From an uncultured Lachnospiraceae bacterium (lineage in GTDB: Bacteria; Bacillota; Clostridia; Lachnospirales; Lachnospiraceae), in the NCBI GenBank assembly GCA_910588215.1, contig CAJUQJ010000012.1:14-64013 (forward strand): a stretch of DNA of 64,000 nt. Reading direction: 5' to 3'. Position 1 is the first letter of the stretch; the number at the start of each line of letters is the position of its first letter. The notes under the pieces were generated by a model. It did no database searches. It saw only the letters and a program-made list of their open reading frames with translations, and was not told the origin of the DNA. Positions 52,218-63,366 of the stretch are shown here, one piece after another. A program made the position numbers and the translations under genes.

Positions 52218-52223
52218 ACCTCT

Positions 52224-52601
52224 CTATGCCTTATTGCATTTTCTCATAACTTCTTTCCAGGTATCCCGCAGGCTCCGCAAGTGTCCGTTCACTTCTTCCA
52301 GAATCTCTTTGTCCTTCTTGATGTTGGCATCAAACAAACGCCTTAGCACATACACATAAATCCTGTCAAAGTCCTCCGCTACTTCATACTGTCGATCCAG
52401 CGTGTTCCGGAATTCCTCAATGATACGCTGTGTCTTCATAATATTGATATGGGCTTTCTCCATCTCGTTATTCTCAATCGCCATGATAGCAATGTTGCAG
52501 AACTTAATTGCTCCCTCATATAACATCAAAGTCACTTCCGCCGGCGTTGCCGTCAACACTTTATTTCTCTGATACTGCTCATAGGGATTCTGTGCTGGCA
52601 T
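52224..52601 (-). CDS. fliS: Flagellin export chaperone FliS
   Basis: VLTATPAEVTLMLYEGAIKF...LRDTWKEV. Confidence 0.95.
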   Translation of the reverse strand: MPAQNPYEQYQRNKVLTATPAEVTLMLYEGAIKFCNIAIMAIENNEMEKAHINIMKTQRIIEEFRNTLDRQYEVAEDFDRIYVYVLRRLFDANIKKDKEILEEVNGHLRSLRDTWKEVMRKCNKA

Positions 52602-52758
52602 AAGTCTCTTCCTCCTTGACCGTGCTTATACTCTTTAAATCTTATCGCATATTCTCTGATTTTTATAATACAGATAATGATACGGCCTGTCAAGCGACAG
52701 GCCGTATTTATTACTTTGCCGACAGCAACAACATATCTGTTCTCTTAAACCGTACTCA

Positions 52759-55065
52759 TCAGCCGCCGAACATGCCGGACACTGCATTGTTCTTGGACTG
52801 CAGTTTCGCCATCGCAGTCTCCATCGCCGAGAATTTCTTGTACCAGCTATCGATCAGTTCATTCAGCTTAGTCTCTTCCTTAGCGATCTTATCTTTATAA
52901 TCCTTATACTCTTTCTCCATCGTCTTATCATTGTAGACAGTAAAGGCACTGCTGGTATCCTTGATGCTCTTCATCTTGTCGGTCAGCGTATCATAAAGGT
53001 TCTTCGACAGACCAGCGAAGAACTTCTGCACCGTCGCCGGATCGGAAGCGATCATCGCGCGCAGTTCATCATCCTTATTCGCTACGGCCGGATCGTCCTT
53101 GTCACCATTGATATGGTACGCCCCCTTCTCATTATCCGCTGCGTTAAAGTAGCCCAGCGTATTGATGCCGAAGTCAGACAGATACATCTTCTTGCCATTG
53201 ACGGTAGCGCCCTGCATCAGCACTGTCTTCATAGCATCCGACACATCCCGCAGGGTGGAATCTCTGCGAAGCAGGGAATCTTTGATCTTCTTCTCCCACT
53301 CTTCGATCTCCGAATCCGCCAGGCCTTGCTTCTCTTCGGAGAGAAGCGGCTCATAGCCCTTCGAAGAATCCGCATTATAAAGGGCATCCATCTCGTTGAT
53401 CAGCTTGTTATACTCGGTGAAGAAATTCTTGATCGTATTGAAGATGCCATCCGTATCCTCTGCCGTTGTCAGCGTGATCTCCTCGTCCGGTTTCGTTGTC
53501 TGCTGCGCCGTAATAGTCAGTCCATTGATCTCGAACGTGTTCGTACTGTTGGTATATTTTACATCATTCAAATATATCTCTGCATCAAGGCCGTCTACTT
53601 TAGTAGCTGTCTTATCTGCATCAAGGCCGTTGGCATATGCCTCATATTGCAGGGCTGTTGCGATCTTACTATCAAAGTAAGCCGTGATCTCGTCTTTAGC
53701 TTTCTGCGTAGCCTGCAGTTTATTGTCAGTACTCAGGGCCGGATCACCGTTGGCGTCTACTTCATAATAACTCCGGTTATCCTTGATCGTCTCCTTATTG
53801 GCTTCCACTGCATTCTGAAGATCAGCGACCGCCCTGACGTAACTGTAGTGTGCATTCTTCTTATTAAATGCACTCTGCGCATTGGCCATCTTCTGACTTG
53901 CATCCTTTACTGCCTCTTCCGCCAGTTTGATATCCTCAGCCGTAGCAGTATTATCCTTCTTCAATTCCGCCAGCTTATTCTGAGCTTCCTTAAGAACTTT
54001 GCTCGCGTCGTCCAGATCTTTCTTCAGTCCGCCGTTGCGCACCTTCTCCATGATCGGCTGATTATTCTCATCGAACATGGGATTGCCGTCTTTATCCTTC
54101 TTCTGGACTTCAACTTCCGGCCCGTACAATTCATCGTACAGTTTATCTGCCTGAGCATTAACTTTATCCTTGTCGTTCACATCATAGTCAATATCATACT
54201 TGCTGTTCTCGTCATTATCCTTAAAGATCGCGTCCAGTCTCTTCTGATATTCTTCATTCGCTTTCAGCAGAGAATCCGTACTCGCCTTCTTGTTGGCGAT
54301 CAGTTTCTCCAGCTCACGCAGCTCAGCCTCAGCGCGCTTCACCGTATCGGAATCGTACGAAGCCCAGAGCGCATACTCTTTGGCTTCATTGCTGGTCGCA
54401 TTATAAGCGGACATCAATCCCAGGGAAGCAAGAGCATCCAAACCCTCTTTGTTATTAGCTGTGATCATAAAGTCTGCCGACGCGCCCGAATTCTTGGCAT
54501 TCACATAAAAACGCTGATTCTTCGCGTCAAAGCTGGCGCTGATGCCCGCAGACTGCAGTTTCGACACCACGTCGGATATCTTCATATCCTTCGTGACAGT
54601 AATGTCAGTTTCTTTGCCTGCCACTTTCACACGGAATTTACCTTCGCCATTGGCATCTCCGGTAAAGCCCAGATCCTCCAGCTTAGTAGATGCAGTAACC
54701 CTCTTGCCGTTAATATCTTCTTTCAGAGCCGCACCTGTCAAATTACCCTGCTTTGCCAGTTGGGTAATCTTCAGATTCTGTACACTGTTCGGCGCATCCG
54801 CAGATGTCACCACACTGACTGCATTGGTATTGGACACTTTCGTCATTTTCTTCAAATAGGAACCTTCAAATCTCATATTGTCCAATACATTCGTATAGAA
54901 GCTGTAAATCTTCGTATTCAGGGCTTTCCATGCATCCTGCTTCCAGCTTAACTTCGTCTGCGCCTTCACAAGCTTATTCTTCTTCACACTCTGCGCAGAG
55001 GCAAGTTCACTGATGATACTCTCCGTATCCAAACCGGAATACATACCCGTAATCCTGATAGCCAT
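52759..55065 (-). CDS. fliD: Flagellar filament cap protein FliD
   Basis: MAIRITGMYSGLDTESII...KKFSAMETAMAKLQS. Confidence 0.95.
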   Translation of the reverse strand: MAIRITGMYSGLDTESIISELASAQSVKKNKLVKAQTKLSWKQDAWKALNTKIYSFYTNVLDNMRFEGSYLKKMTKVSNTNAVSVVTSADAPNSVQNLKITQLAKQGNLTGAALKEDINGKRVTASTKLEDLGFTGDANGEGKFRVKVAGKETDITVTKDMKISDVVSKLQSAGISASFDAKNQRFYVNAKNSGASADFMITANNKEGLDALASLGLMSAYNATSNEAKEYALWASYDSDTVKRAEAELRELEKLIANKKASTDSLLKANEEYQKRLDAIFKDNDENSKYDIDYDVNDKDKVNAQADKLYDELYGPEVEVQKKDKDGNPMFDENNQPIMEKVRNGGLKKDLDDASKVLKEAQNKLAELKKDNTATAEDIKLAEEAVKDASQKMANAQSAFNKKNAHYSYVRAVADLQNAVEANKETIKDNRSYYEVDANGDPALSTDNKLQATQKAKDEITAYFDSKIATALQYEAYANGLDADKTATKVDGLDAEIYLNDVKYTNSTNTFEINGLTITAQQTTKPDEEITLTTAEDTDGIFNTIKNFFTEYNKLINEMDALYNADSSKGYEPLLSEEKQGLADSEIEEWEKKIKDSLLRRDSTLRDVSDAMKTVLMQGATVNGKKMYLSDFGINTLGYFNAADNEKGAYHINGDKDDPAVANKDDELRAMIASDPATVQKFFAGLSKNLYDTLTDKMKSIKDTSSAFTVYNDKTMEKEYKDYKDKIAKEETKLNELIDSWYKKFSAMETAMAKLQSKNNAVSGMFGG

Positions 55066-55171
55066 TTCTGTTCCCTCCTAATATAAAATACTGTCTGTCA
55101 TATTGCTCACAGTCACACTGATCTTTACTCATATGCATCACGCAAATGACCAGATCTTCAACTGCGATACA

Positions 55172-55624
55172 TTAACGCTTCTCATCTACAAGGATACCTG
55201 CCATCTCCCAGATGCTGGCGATCATATCAAGTGTCTTCTCCGGCGGAAATTCCTTGATGACTTCCTTCGTATCCTTATCCAATATCTTGATCATGATCCG
55301 GTTGGTCCTCTCATGAACACCGAAAACCGCTTCTTCATTGCTGTTGCTGATCTTCCTGTTCATCTCCGCGATCATCTTCTTTAAATGTTCCGGAGTCTCC
55401 GGAGTCTGTGGCTCCATCTCCTCCTGTTGCTGCCCGCTTCCATTACCCTCGCTGTCAGGTTTCTCCTCTTCGAGCTGAATCTTAGTAACGGCTGCGGTTG
55501 TCGCATCAACATTCACTGTCTGTCCGTCCTCAGGAACTTCCGTGTTCACTGGCGTAGTCGTCTGCGGTTTTACAGTCGATTGTGCCTGATATGTCATAGC
55601 ACTGCTTAATGGTTCGATTGCCAT
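55172..55624 (-). CDS. flaG: Flagellar protein FlaG
   Basis: FGVHERTNRIMIKILDKDTKEVIKEFPPEKTLD...GILVDEKR. Confidence 0.93.
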   Translation of the reverse strand: MAIEPLSSAMTYQAQSTVKPQTTTPVNTEVPEDGQTVNVDATTAAVTKIQLEEEKPDSEGNGSGQQQEEMEPQTPETPEHLKKMIAEMNRKISNSNEEAVFGVHERTNRIMIKILDKDTKEVIKEFPPEKTLDMIASIWEMAGILVDEKR

Positions 55625-55759
55625 TGCCGATCACCTCCATGTGATATAGTATATTTATTCTGAATCGTCTCACGATAACGTCCGCTTCTCTCTATCCTAT
55701 ACGAAGACGGGAAGAAATCCGCACAACAACAGAGAGTTACTACGTAATCTTTGATATAT

Positions 55760-55786
55760 ATATCGGAAAAATGAAAAATATGTTTA
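55760..55786 (-). promoter_or_regulatory. Sigma-28 promoter of flaG-fliD
   Basis: TAAA-N15-TCCGATAT. Confidence 0.85.
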
Positions 55787-55907
55787 GAGCGGCCGGTACA
55801 AAACGGGAATTATTATGTTACAATATCTTTACCTTTAATTGTCAGGAGCACACATCCTTTCGATTAACGGATATACCTGCCACGGCAGACAGGAACGGAG
55901 AACCCAT

Positions 55908-57086
55908 ATGGAAATCTTATTCTACCGCTACAACAATATCTGTGAACCTGACATCCTGCAGACCTTTCAGGCATTCGGCATCACAGTGCACACCGAAGAA
56001 ATGGAAATGACCGATAAAACTATCACTCCCAGACAGTGCGCTGTCAAGATCGCTGATTGGCTTACCGAACACACATTTGCCTTTGTTTTCAGTATTAATT
56101 TCTTCCCGGCAATCTCTTATACATGCAACCGCTTCCATGTGCCTTATGTATGCTGGAGTGTCGATTCTCCGGTGCCGGAGTTATTTTCCAATGCCCTGAA
56201 GAACGAGTGGAACCGGATCTTCCTGTTCGACCGGACACAATATGAGTTCTTCCATCCCATAAATCCGCAGCGCATCTTCTATCTGCCGCTTGCCACCAAC
56301 ACGAAACGCTGGGAAGAACTGATCCTGACTATGACGGAAGAAGACCATGCAAACTATAGCAGTGATATCAGTTTCGTAGGTTCTCTTTATACGGAAAAAT
56401 GCAGATACGACACCTTGAATCTCACGCCGCACACACGCGGTTTCGCAGACGGTCTGATGGAAGCGCAGCTTAAAATATATGGCTATAACTTTATCGCAGA
56501 GACTCTGACCGAGGGTGTCATTCGTGAGATTGCTGACGCTGACCCGGATTTCTACAAAGGCGCTGACACCTATGGGGACACGAAGCGCTACCTTGTCGCA
56601 CATCAGTATCTTGGTGTCAAACTGGCCGCTATAGAGAGAGAACGGATCTTGAACCGTCTGGCAGAACATTTTCATGTAACGCTCTATACCAACAGCGACA
56701 GCACACCGCTTCCTAACGTACATTGTATGGGACCTGCCAGAACCCTGACGGAAATGCCCCGAATCTTTCATGCCAGCAAGATCAATCTGAATATTACCAT
56801 GCGGCCCATCGAAAGCGGACTTTCTCTCCGTATCTGGGATGTCCTTGGCTGCGGCGGATTCCTTCTTACCAATTACCAGGCGGAAATCCCGGAATATTTC
56901 GAGATCGGCAAAGATCTTGAGACCTATGAATCCATAGAAGAGCTGGAGCAGAAGGCAGCTTATTATCTGTCCCATGAAGAAGAACGGCTGGAAATAGCCA
57001 TTCACGGTTACGAGACCGTAGCAAAACTGCATACCTATGAGATCAGAATAGCAGAGATGATACGGATCCTGCACTCCTTGTCATGA
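55908..57086 (+). CDS. CgeB-family (DUF3880) glycosyltransferase
   Basis: FSINFFP, WSVDSP, SFVGSLY, SKINLNITMRPIESGLSLRIWDVLGCGGF. Confidence 0.85.
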   Translation: MEILFYRYNNICEPDILQTFQAFGITVHTEEMEMTDKTITPRQCAVKIADWLTEHTFAFVFSINFFPAISYTCNRFHVPYVCWSVDSPVPELFSNALKNEWNRIFLFDRTQYEFFHPINPQRIFYLPLATNTKRWEELILTMTEEDHANYSSDISFVGSLYTEKCRYDTLNLTPHTRGFADGLMEAQLKIYGYNFIAETLTEGVIREIADADPDFYKGADTYGDTKRYLVAHQYLGVKLAAIERERILNRLAEHFHVTLYTNSDSTPLPNVHCMGPARTLTEMPRIFHASKINLNITMRPIESGLSLRIWDVLGCGGFLLTNYQAEIPEYFEIGKDLETYESIEELEQKAAYYLSHEEERLEIAIHGYETVAKLHTYEIRIAEMIRILHSLS

Positions 57087-57283
57087 TGCCGGAATCATAA
57101 GATACAAAAAAAATCCTGCAGGCAGGATTCTCCGCCTGCGGCGGGTCGCTCCAGCGACATTATTCCGTTCCGCCGCAGTGCGATCATTGCTTTTATCATA
57201 TAGGAAATTCATCGAAATTTCCTATATGATAAAAACTGCCTTGCAGAGACGATCCCTCTGTAAGGCAGTCTTATTCCATATCT

Positions 57284-57502
57284 TTATCCCAACAGCTTCT
57301 TCAGAGCTTCAATGCCATCTACATTGACAGCCTCCTTATTCGCATCCTGAATCTGCTCATGGACTTCCTTCCGGTATACAGGTACTTCCCGTGGAGCGCT
57401 GATGCCCAGCTTTACCTGCTCACCTTTAATTTCCAGCACCGTGATCTCCACATTATTGTTGATCACCAACGCTTCGTTCTTTTTCCTGGATAAAGCTAAC
57501 AT
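57284..57502 (-). CDS. csrA: Carbon storage regulator CsrA
   Basis: MLALSRKKNE...VKLGISAPREVPVYRKE. Confidence 0.97.
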   Translation of the reverse strand: MLALSRKKNEALVINNNVEITVLEIKGEQVKLGISAPREVPVYRKEVHEQIQDANKEAVNVDGIEALKKLLG

Positions 57503-57958
57503 CTACTCACCTGCTTTCTTCTGATTTAAAATATCATAAATCGGAAATTTCACCTGATAGGTATCACCCTCCACGATCACTTGTATCGCTTTCCTCTCTG
57601 CCGCATTGATCACGATAGGCCCTTTCAGATTAACCGACATCTTTGTCAGGTCTTCCGGAACCGTCACGGTCACGAGCACAAGCATATCTTCCTGATCAAG
57701 TTCACCCAGATTCTTCAGCAATTCATCATCTGCTTCCGGATTATAATCAGGGCATACCAACAGTGGATCCATGACCGGCATGGCAAATGCAGGCTCCTGG
57801 ATGGACTGCAGCCAATGGATGGAATCCGAACCCTTTTCCTCATCATGGATCAACGCGAAATCCTTCAGATCGGGAAACCCGATAATTCCTTTGGGAAAAT
57901 GTATCATCTTATCATCGTCAACTACAATCTCACCAAACACTTTTGTTGTTATCTGCAT
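57503..57958 (-). CDS. fliW: Flagellar assembly factor FliW
   Basis: IHFPKGIIGF, WLQSIQEP, VNLKGPIVIN. Confidence 0.95.
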   Translation of the reverse strand: MQITTKVFGEIVVDDDKMIHFPKGIIGFPDLKDFALIHDEEKGSDSIHWLQSIQEPAFAMPVMDPLLVCPDYNPEADDELLKNLGELDQEDMLVLVTVTVPEDLTKMSVNLKGPIVINAAERKAIQVIVEGDTYQVKFPIYDILNQKKAGE

Positions 57959-58022
57959 ATCTTACCGTCCTCTCTCTTATAGTGGAAACCTGCGAGGCTA
58001 CGCAAACCCGAATCATTATTTC

Positions 58023-59639
58023 TTAAATATAATTCATCAGATTCGTCTGCATGATCTTACCTGTCGCCATCAGCGCCGCCTGATAAGTCAACTCCGAACT
58101 GGATAACTCTACCGCCACCTGCGTAATATCAATACCCTCATTATCTGTCTGCAGTTCTTTGAAAGTCGCCTTCTGGTTGCAAAGTCTGGCTGTGATCAGA
58201 TCCAGTCGGCTTCCTCTGGTAGCGTTATTGGTGATCGCCAGATCATTGTCGTCACGATACTTCTGATAGTTTGTGATCTGATTCTCGAATCTCTTCTGGA
58301 TATTCTCACGGATATAGGTCTCTGCCTTCTCGGCGCCTTTCAACTGCTCTGCCAGATCCTTATATGTCTGGCTGTCCTCAGGCACATCTTTCATCTTGGC
58401 TTCGATATCACTCTTCTTGGTCTCGATCGCTTTCAACTGATTGAGACAGTGCTGGAAATCATCCATATCCCTCTGTACATTATGGGTAAATACCTCATCT
58501 GTCACCGTATTGACCTGGATCTTCTGGTTAAATCCGACATCGTAATAAATATCCTGATCCGCTTTGACCGTATTATAAGCAGTCTTCTTACCGTCATCCT
58601 TCGTCTCCACACAAGGGAAATAGTGTACCGGGTTGATGTCTCCTTCTACCCAGTTGGATTTCGTGTAAGTGATCTGGAAATCGTCGCCCTCTTTAAAATT
58701 ATCTTTATAAACCTGTTCGCTGAATACCAGTTCTCCGGTGGAGGGAATATAAGCGATCCCTTCACACTTCCCGTCCGCAATATCCTTATATGCTGTCTCC
58801 GCATCCGCGTATTCCGTAAAGGTCGGCGTGATCGGCACCATGGTCGGCGGTGTTGTTGGCGGCACTACCGTCTCATCCACCTTCTGCAGCTGTATCGGAT
58901 TCCCGTCTTTGTCCGTAACCTGCAGCGGCAGCTGGCCACCGGCCGCAGTAGCATCCACATCATCGTAGGATAAGCGGAATCGATATAACGTATTATTCGT
59001 CACATACTGCTCATAGCTTTCGTCCGGCAGCGGGCCGGTACCACCGGTACTGTTCGTAACATTGTTCAGAGAGTTCTTGCCGTCTGCCAGCACGCTCAGA
59101 TCGGTATAGCTGATCGTACTGATATCTTTAAATCCGATATTCTCCTTAATCTCATAAGACACCGGGTGTTTCTCCATCTGCGCGATATCTTCCGCGGAGA
59201 AAGTGATCGCCGTATCCGTCCTGAATCCGGAGAAGACATAACGCCCTGCATAGTCAACATTACCGCTGGCATAGAATTCTTTCGTCAAAGATTTCATCTG
59301 CTCCAAAATAATACTCAAGTCTTCCGAAGTCAAATATTTATTGGCTGCACCTGTAGCCTGACTGTAGAGATCCTTCAAGACCTCATCTATTGTATTGAGT
59401 GCATCCGCAGTCACTGTCAGCCACTGATCCGCATCTGCCGCGTTCTTGTCATGGTACTGTGTTACATTAGTCACATTAGTCCTCAGACGAAGCGCTCTGA
59501 TCGCAACCACCGGATCGTCGGAAGGCCGCACGATCTTACTCTGATTGGTCATCTGATTTGTCAGCTTATCTTCCAGAATCTTATTCTGATTGATATTATA
59601 CAGCGAATTATTCCGCATGATCTTATTCGTCATTCTCAT
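58023..59639 (-). CDS. flgL: Hook-associated protein 3 FlgL
   Basis: MRMTN...RPSDDPV...GRYVFSG...YQAAL...LMNYI. Confidence 0.93.
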   Translation of the reverse strand: MRMTNKIMRNNSLYNINQNKILEDKLTNQMTNQSKIVRPSDDPVVAIRALRLRTNVTNVTQYHDKNAADADQWLTVTADALNTIDEVLKDLYSQATGAANKYLTSEDLSIILEQMKSLTKEFYASGNVDYAGRYVFSGFRTDTAITFSAEDIAQMEKHPVSYEIKENIGFKDISTISYTDLSVLADGKNSLNNVTNSTGGTGPLPDESYEQYVTNNTLYRFRLSYDDVDATAAGGQLPLQVTDKDGNPIQLQKVDETVVPPTTPPTMVPITPTFTEYADAETAYKDIADGKCEGIAYIPSTGELVFSEQVYKDNFKEGDDFQITYTKSNWVEGDINPVHYFPCVETKDDGKKTAYNTVKADQDIYYDVGFNQKIQVNTVTDEVFTHNVQRDMDDFQHCLNQLKAIETKKSDIEAKMKDVPEDSQTYKDLAEQLKGAEKAETYIRENIQKRFENQITNYQKYRDDNDLAITNNATRGSRLDLITARLCNQKATFKELQTDNEGIDITQVAVELSSSELTYQAALMATGKIMQTNLMNYI

Positions 59640-59809
59640 GGCTCATTATCCTCTCTTCCCGATTATAACTCCATCTCTGTCTTTGGCATACTATCCCCGG
59701 TCCCGCATTCCAGTGCTTTCCAACTCAGATTCTCTGCAATTTCCGCTTTACTCCACTCACAAAAACGTCTCGCAACAGATCAACCGTGAATAGTAACACA
59801 ACATCAGAG

Positions 59810-61666
59810 TCAGACTCCTGTCTGCAGGATCAACCTGTCGTAGATCTCTGTCAGCACGGAGATCATCTTGGAAGCCAGCGTGTAAGAATTCTGATATTTT
59901 ACCAGGTTTACCGCCTCTTCATCCTCATCCACGCCGGAGATTGAGATTCTCTGATTGTCAATGTTAGTTTCCAGACTGAGATAGGTCGCATAGAAAATAT
60001 TGGCATTGCTGGCATTCAAAGCCGCATCAGACAATACGCACTCCAGGAAACCGCCTGCATCTCTTCCACGGAAGCTGAACTGGTTCTTGTCACTCATCAT
60101 GGAGAGGACTTTCTTCACCTGTTCACACTGTTCCACGCCGTCTATCTCTTCACCGTTGTCAGGATCTTCGTCTGAGATCTTACCTCTCGTACCGAGCAGT
60201 GACGCATCCTTCATCAGCTCATCCAGGACGCTCATATTCCCTGCCGTCATATAGTAATATCCCTTACCGTTCCCCGCGGAATCGTTCAACTCGTCTTCCG
60301 TATACTGTCCGTTCTTCTTCGGATATCCACCGGTAAAAAGGATACCCGCATCGTCGCCCTTCGCAGTCAGACCATCCGTGAAGATATCATTGACCTTCTT
60401 GGAAAACTCACGGATCCACTCGTTCATCTGCTGCATGTAGTAAGGAACACCTTGATAATTGACATCATATCCAATCGTCGCCTGTTTGTTAGTCTTCGTT
60501 GACGAGATAGGCTCATCGCTTGCCACATTATCTATCGTAAATGTATATACACCGTCTCCCTCGTAAGTCCAGTCCGTATAGTAATACAGCTGATTTCCGA
60601 TATTGATGACGCCGCCCGTATCAGACAGATTACACTTCATCATACTCTGCAGATAGGCATCCGTAGTCTCTATGGTAACCTTACTAGTGTCACCGCCATA
60701 GATGACTTCTTTGATCATTCCGTTGAAATATTCACCGTTGTTACCGTCACGCATCTGGAACAGACCTTTCAGCGATCCGCCCATGGATGCATTGTTCAGG
60801 CTGAAATCCGGTCCGTGGGTCCAGCGGATATCATACAGACCGTCAATATCTGTCTGGTTCACTTTCTCTTCCGCGGAACGCGCAACACATTCCAACTGAT
60901 TGTATTCATTCTGATCCACAAGGATCTGTCCGCCGGCTATCCGAACGATACATCTGTTGGCGCCCGTCTCATTCCCCTGCTGATCGTAGATCGGATCCTC
61001 CACAACCTCGACATCCACGATCGCCGACAGTTCATCCAACAGGACATCCCGCTTATCCCGCAATTCGTTGGCTACCGGCCCGTTGATCTCTATCAGATTG
61101 ATCTGCTTGTTCACCGTAGCCAGATCCTGCGCAATGGAATTGATATGATCGATACGGATCTTGATCTCGTCATTGACGTCAGCCTGCAGGTTCTGCAGAT
61201 CGCCATACATATTGTTAAAGTAATCCGCCATACTCTTAGCCGTGGAGATAAAAGCTCTCTTCGTGGCATCACTGCTGGCATTCTTGGTGATCTCCTGTAA
61301 AGCCTCTCCCAGATCGTCGAAGATCGACTTGAAGCCGGTCTTGCCGTCGTCTGTCAGATATTCCTCGATCATCTTGCAATAGTACGCCTTCGTATCGAAT
61401 TCGCCCAATTTCGTCTCATTCTCACGGAACTTCTGATCGTAGAACCGTTCGCGGATACGCTCGATCGCCAGCGTATTGACACCGGCTCCCGCACAGCCAT
61501 AAGTCGCAAACACACGCAGCGGATTCATCGCTTCCTGCTTCACTTCCTGCCGGCTGTAGCCCAGCGTATTCGCATTACTGATATTGTTAGCCGTCGTGTT
61601 GAGTGCCGCATTCGCTGCACGCAGACCCGATGACGCAATTTCCAATCCAAAAAATGTTGATGCCAT
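59810..61666 (-). CDS. flgK: Hook-associated protein 1 FlgK (paralog 2)
   Basis: STFFGLEIASSGL...NNISNANTLGYSRQ...SGVDEDEEAVNL. Confidence 0.93.
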   Translation of the reverse strand: MASTFFGLEIASSGLRAANAALNTTANNISNANTLGYSRQEVKQEAMNPLRVFATYGCAGAGVNTLAIERIRERFYDQKFRENETKLGEFDTKAYYCKMIEEYLTDDGKTGFKSIFDDLGEALQEITKNASSDATKRAFISTAKSMADYFNNMYGDLQNLQADVNDEIKIRIDHINSIAQDLATVNKQINLIEINGPVANELRDKRDVLLDELSAIVDVEVVEDPIYDQQGNETGANRCIVRIAGGQILVDQNEYNQLECVARSAEEKVNQTDIDGLYDIRWTHGPDFSLNNASMGGSLKGLFQMRDGNNGEYFNGMIKEVIYGGDTSKVTIETTDAYLQSMMKCNLSDTGGVINIGNQLYYYTDWTYEGDGVYTFTIDNVASDEPISSTKTNKQATIGYDVNYQGVPYYMQQMNEWIREFSKKVNDIFTDGLTAKGDDAGILFTGGYPKKNGQYTEDELNDSAGNGKGYYYMTAGNMSVLDELMKDASLLGTRGKISDEDPDNGEEIDGVEQCEQVKKVLSMMSDKNQFSFRGRDAGGFLECVLSDAALNASNANIFYATYLSLETNIDNQRISISGVDEDEEAVNLVKYQNSYTLASKMISVLTEIYDRLILQTGV

Positions 61667-61690
61667 AAGCTCACCTCTTATTGTCTTGTC

Positions 61691-63346
61691 TTATCTTCCA
61701 AGCGTTGTCAGAATATGTTCCAGCATCTCACTGATCACATTGATATAACGGCTGGATGCATTGTATGCATTCTGGAATTTGATCATATTCTGCAGTTCCT
61801 CGTCGGAAGAAACGCCTACCACCTGCTCTCTTGCATACAAAAGCGCGTCGGTAGCTACCGTCTGACTATCCTGAATCCCTCTGAATACCGAACCGCTGTT
61901 GGCCACCTGCGATACCAGATTCTTGTAATAATCCGTAAAGCCCACCGGTGTGGCCACGTTAGGATTCAGCGTATATATCTTCTCCTCAAAGGCCTGTTTC
62001 AATTTCTCGATGGTCGCATTGTCCTCGGAATGATCCGGAAGACGGAATGACAATAACGACGGATTCTGACGCAGTACACCGTTCACGGTGATATTGGATA
62101 CCGTCCAGTCATCTCCTTCGATCGTCTTGACGAATAGCTGATACGGATCGCCGTTCTCGTCTCTCAGATAATCCGAAACATCTGCCGCTCCTGCTGTCTC
62201 TGCGGCTTCCGCCAGAATGCTGTTGACTTTGGTCACCACCGCATTGATCAACTGGTCGAACTCTGCCTGTATGTTCATTACAATAGACTGAGAAATATTC
62301 CTGTCGTACCAACCCTCCACCTTCTGAGTCGGATCACTCGGATCCGCATCGGGCGGATAGTCCTTGATCTCCTTATAGGTCGCTCTGTGATCTCCTCTTA
62401 CGAGAAGCATGCATTTCAGGGAACCGATATCGGTATTCAGGTCGGAAGATATCTCTTTGCTCAGATCGTACACAAGAGCACTCTGGATATCTTCTTCCGT
62501 TACGACCATTTTCCCCTTCTCATCGTAAGAACCGTTAGCCAGCATCTTCCAATAAGGAGTATAGAATCCCGTCTGAGGATCCGTATATAATTCCATCTTA
62601 TTTACCAGACCGCCCTGCACAATATTGACATTCTCAAACCGCACAGTCACATAGCCCGATGCGTCTTCCCTGCTGGAAATATTACCCAGCTGGGCCAGTT
62701 TATCCAAAAGCAGATTCCTGCGGTCGCGCAGATCGTTGGCATGCTCTATGCCCCCGGCCTCGATCGATACGATCCTCTGGTTAAGCTGCTCGATCTCCTG
62801 CGCATACTTGTTGATATTATTCACTTCTTTGACAATAGACTGGTTCAAATTGTCCTGATACTGGCACAGACTGGTATAAACAGCCGATGCCCGCGTGGTA
62901 AACTCATGCGCCCGTGTCACAAACAGGTTCTGGTTCACCGAACTGGTCGGATCCTTGCTGAGTTCCTGGATCGCCGTCCAGAAGTTTGAAAGAGACTCCG
63001 AAAACTCATGTCCCTCGTTGGATTCTCCCAAAATATATTCTACCTCTTCCATCGTGTTTGTCGCCACATCATAAAAAGCACTCCGTCCCGACTCACGACG
63101 ATAGTTTAAGTCCAAAAAATAATCTCTTTCCTGTCTTGTCAGGGTATAGCTGACACCGAGTCCGTACTGCTTCCAGTTCGGTGTGCTCTTGGCGATCGTC
63201 ACATAAGTTCTGGTCCCCTGAGCCACCTGCTGTCTGGTATATCCGGTGGTGTCCAAATTCGACATGTTATGCGCTGTTGTATTCAGCGCATTGTTAGAAG
63301 TTTGTAATCCTGATACGCCCGTCCAAAGGCTTCCCATTAATGACAT
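61691..63346 (-). CDS. flgK: Hook-associated protein 1 FlgK (paralog 1)
   Basis: GLQTSNNALNTTAHNMSN...GYTRQ...GVSSDEELQNMIKFQNAYNA. Confidence 0.93.
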   Translation of the reverse strand: MSLMGSLWTGVSGLQTSNNALNTTAHNMSNLDTTGYTRQQVAQGTRTYVTIAKSTPNWKQYGLGVSYTLTRQERDYFLDLNYRRESGRSAFYDVATNTMEEVEYILGESNEGHEFSESLSNFWTAIQELSKDPTSSVNQNLFVTRAHEFTTRASAVYTSLCQYQDNLNQSIVKEVNNINKYAQEIEQLNQRIVSIEAGGIEHANDLRDRRNLLLDKLAQLGNISSREDASGYVTVRFENVNIVQGGLVNKMELYTDPQTGFYTPYWKMLANGSYDEKGKMVVTEEDIQSALVYDLSKEISSDLNTDIGSLKCMLLVRGDHRATYKEIKDYPPDADPSDPTQKVEGWYDRNISQSIVMNIQAEFDQLINAVVTKVNSILAEAAETAGAADVSDYLRDENGDPYQLFVKTIEGDDWTVSNITVNGVLRQNPSLLSFRLPDHSEDNATIEKLKQAFEEKIYTLNPNVATPVGFTDYYKNLVSQVANSGSVFRGIQDSQTVATDALLYAREQVVGVSSDEELQNMIKFQNAYNASSRYINVISEMLEHILTTLGR

Positions 63347-63366
63347 AATTCTACCGTCCTTAACAA

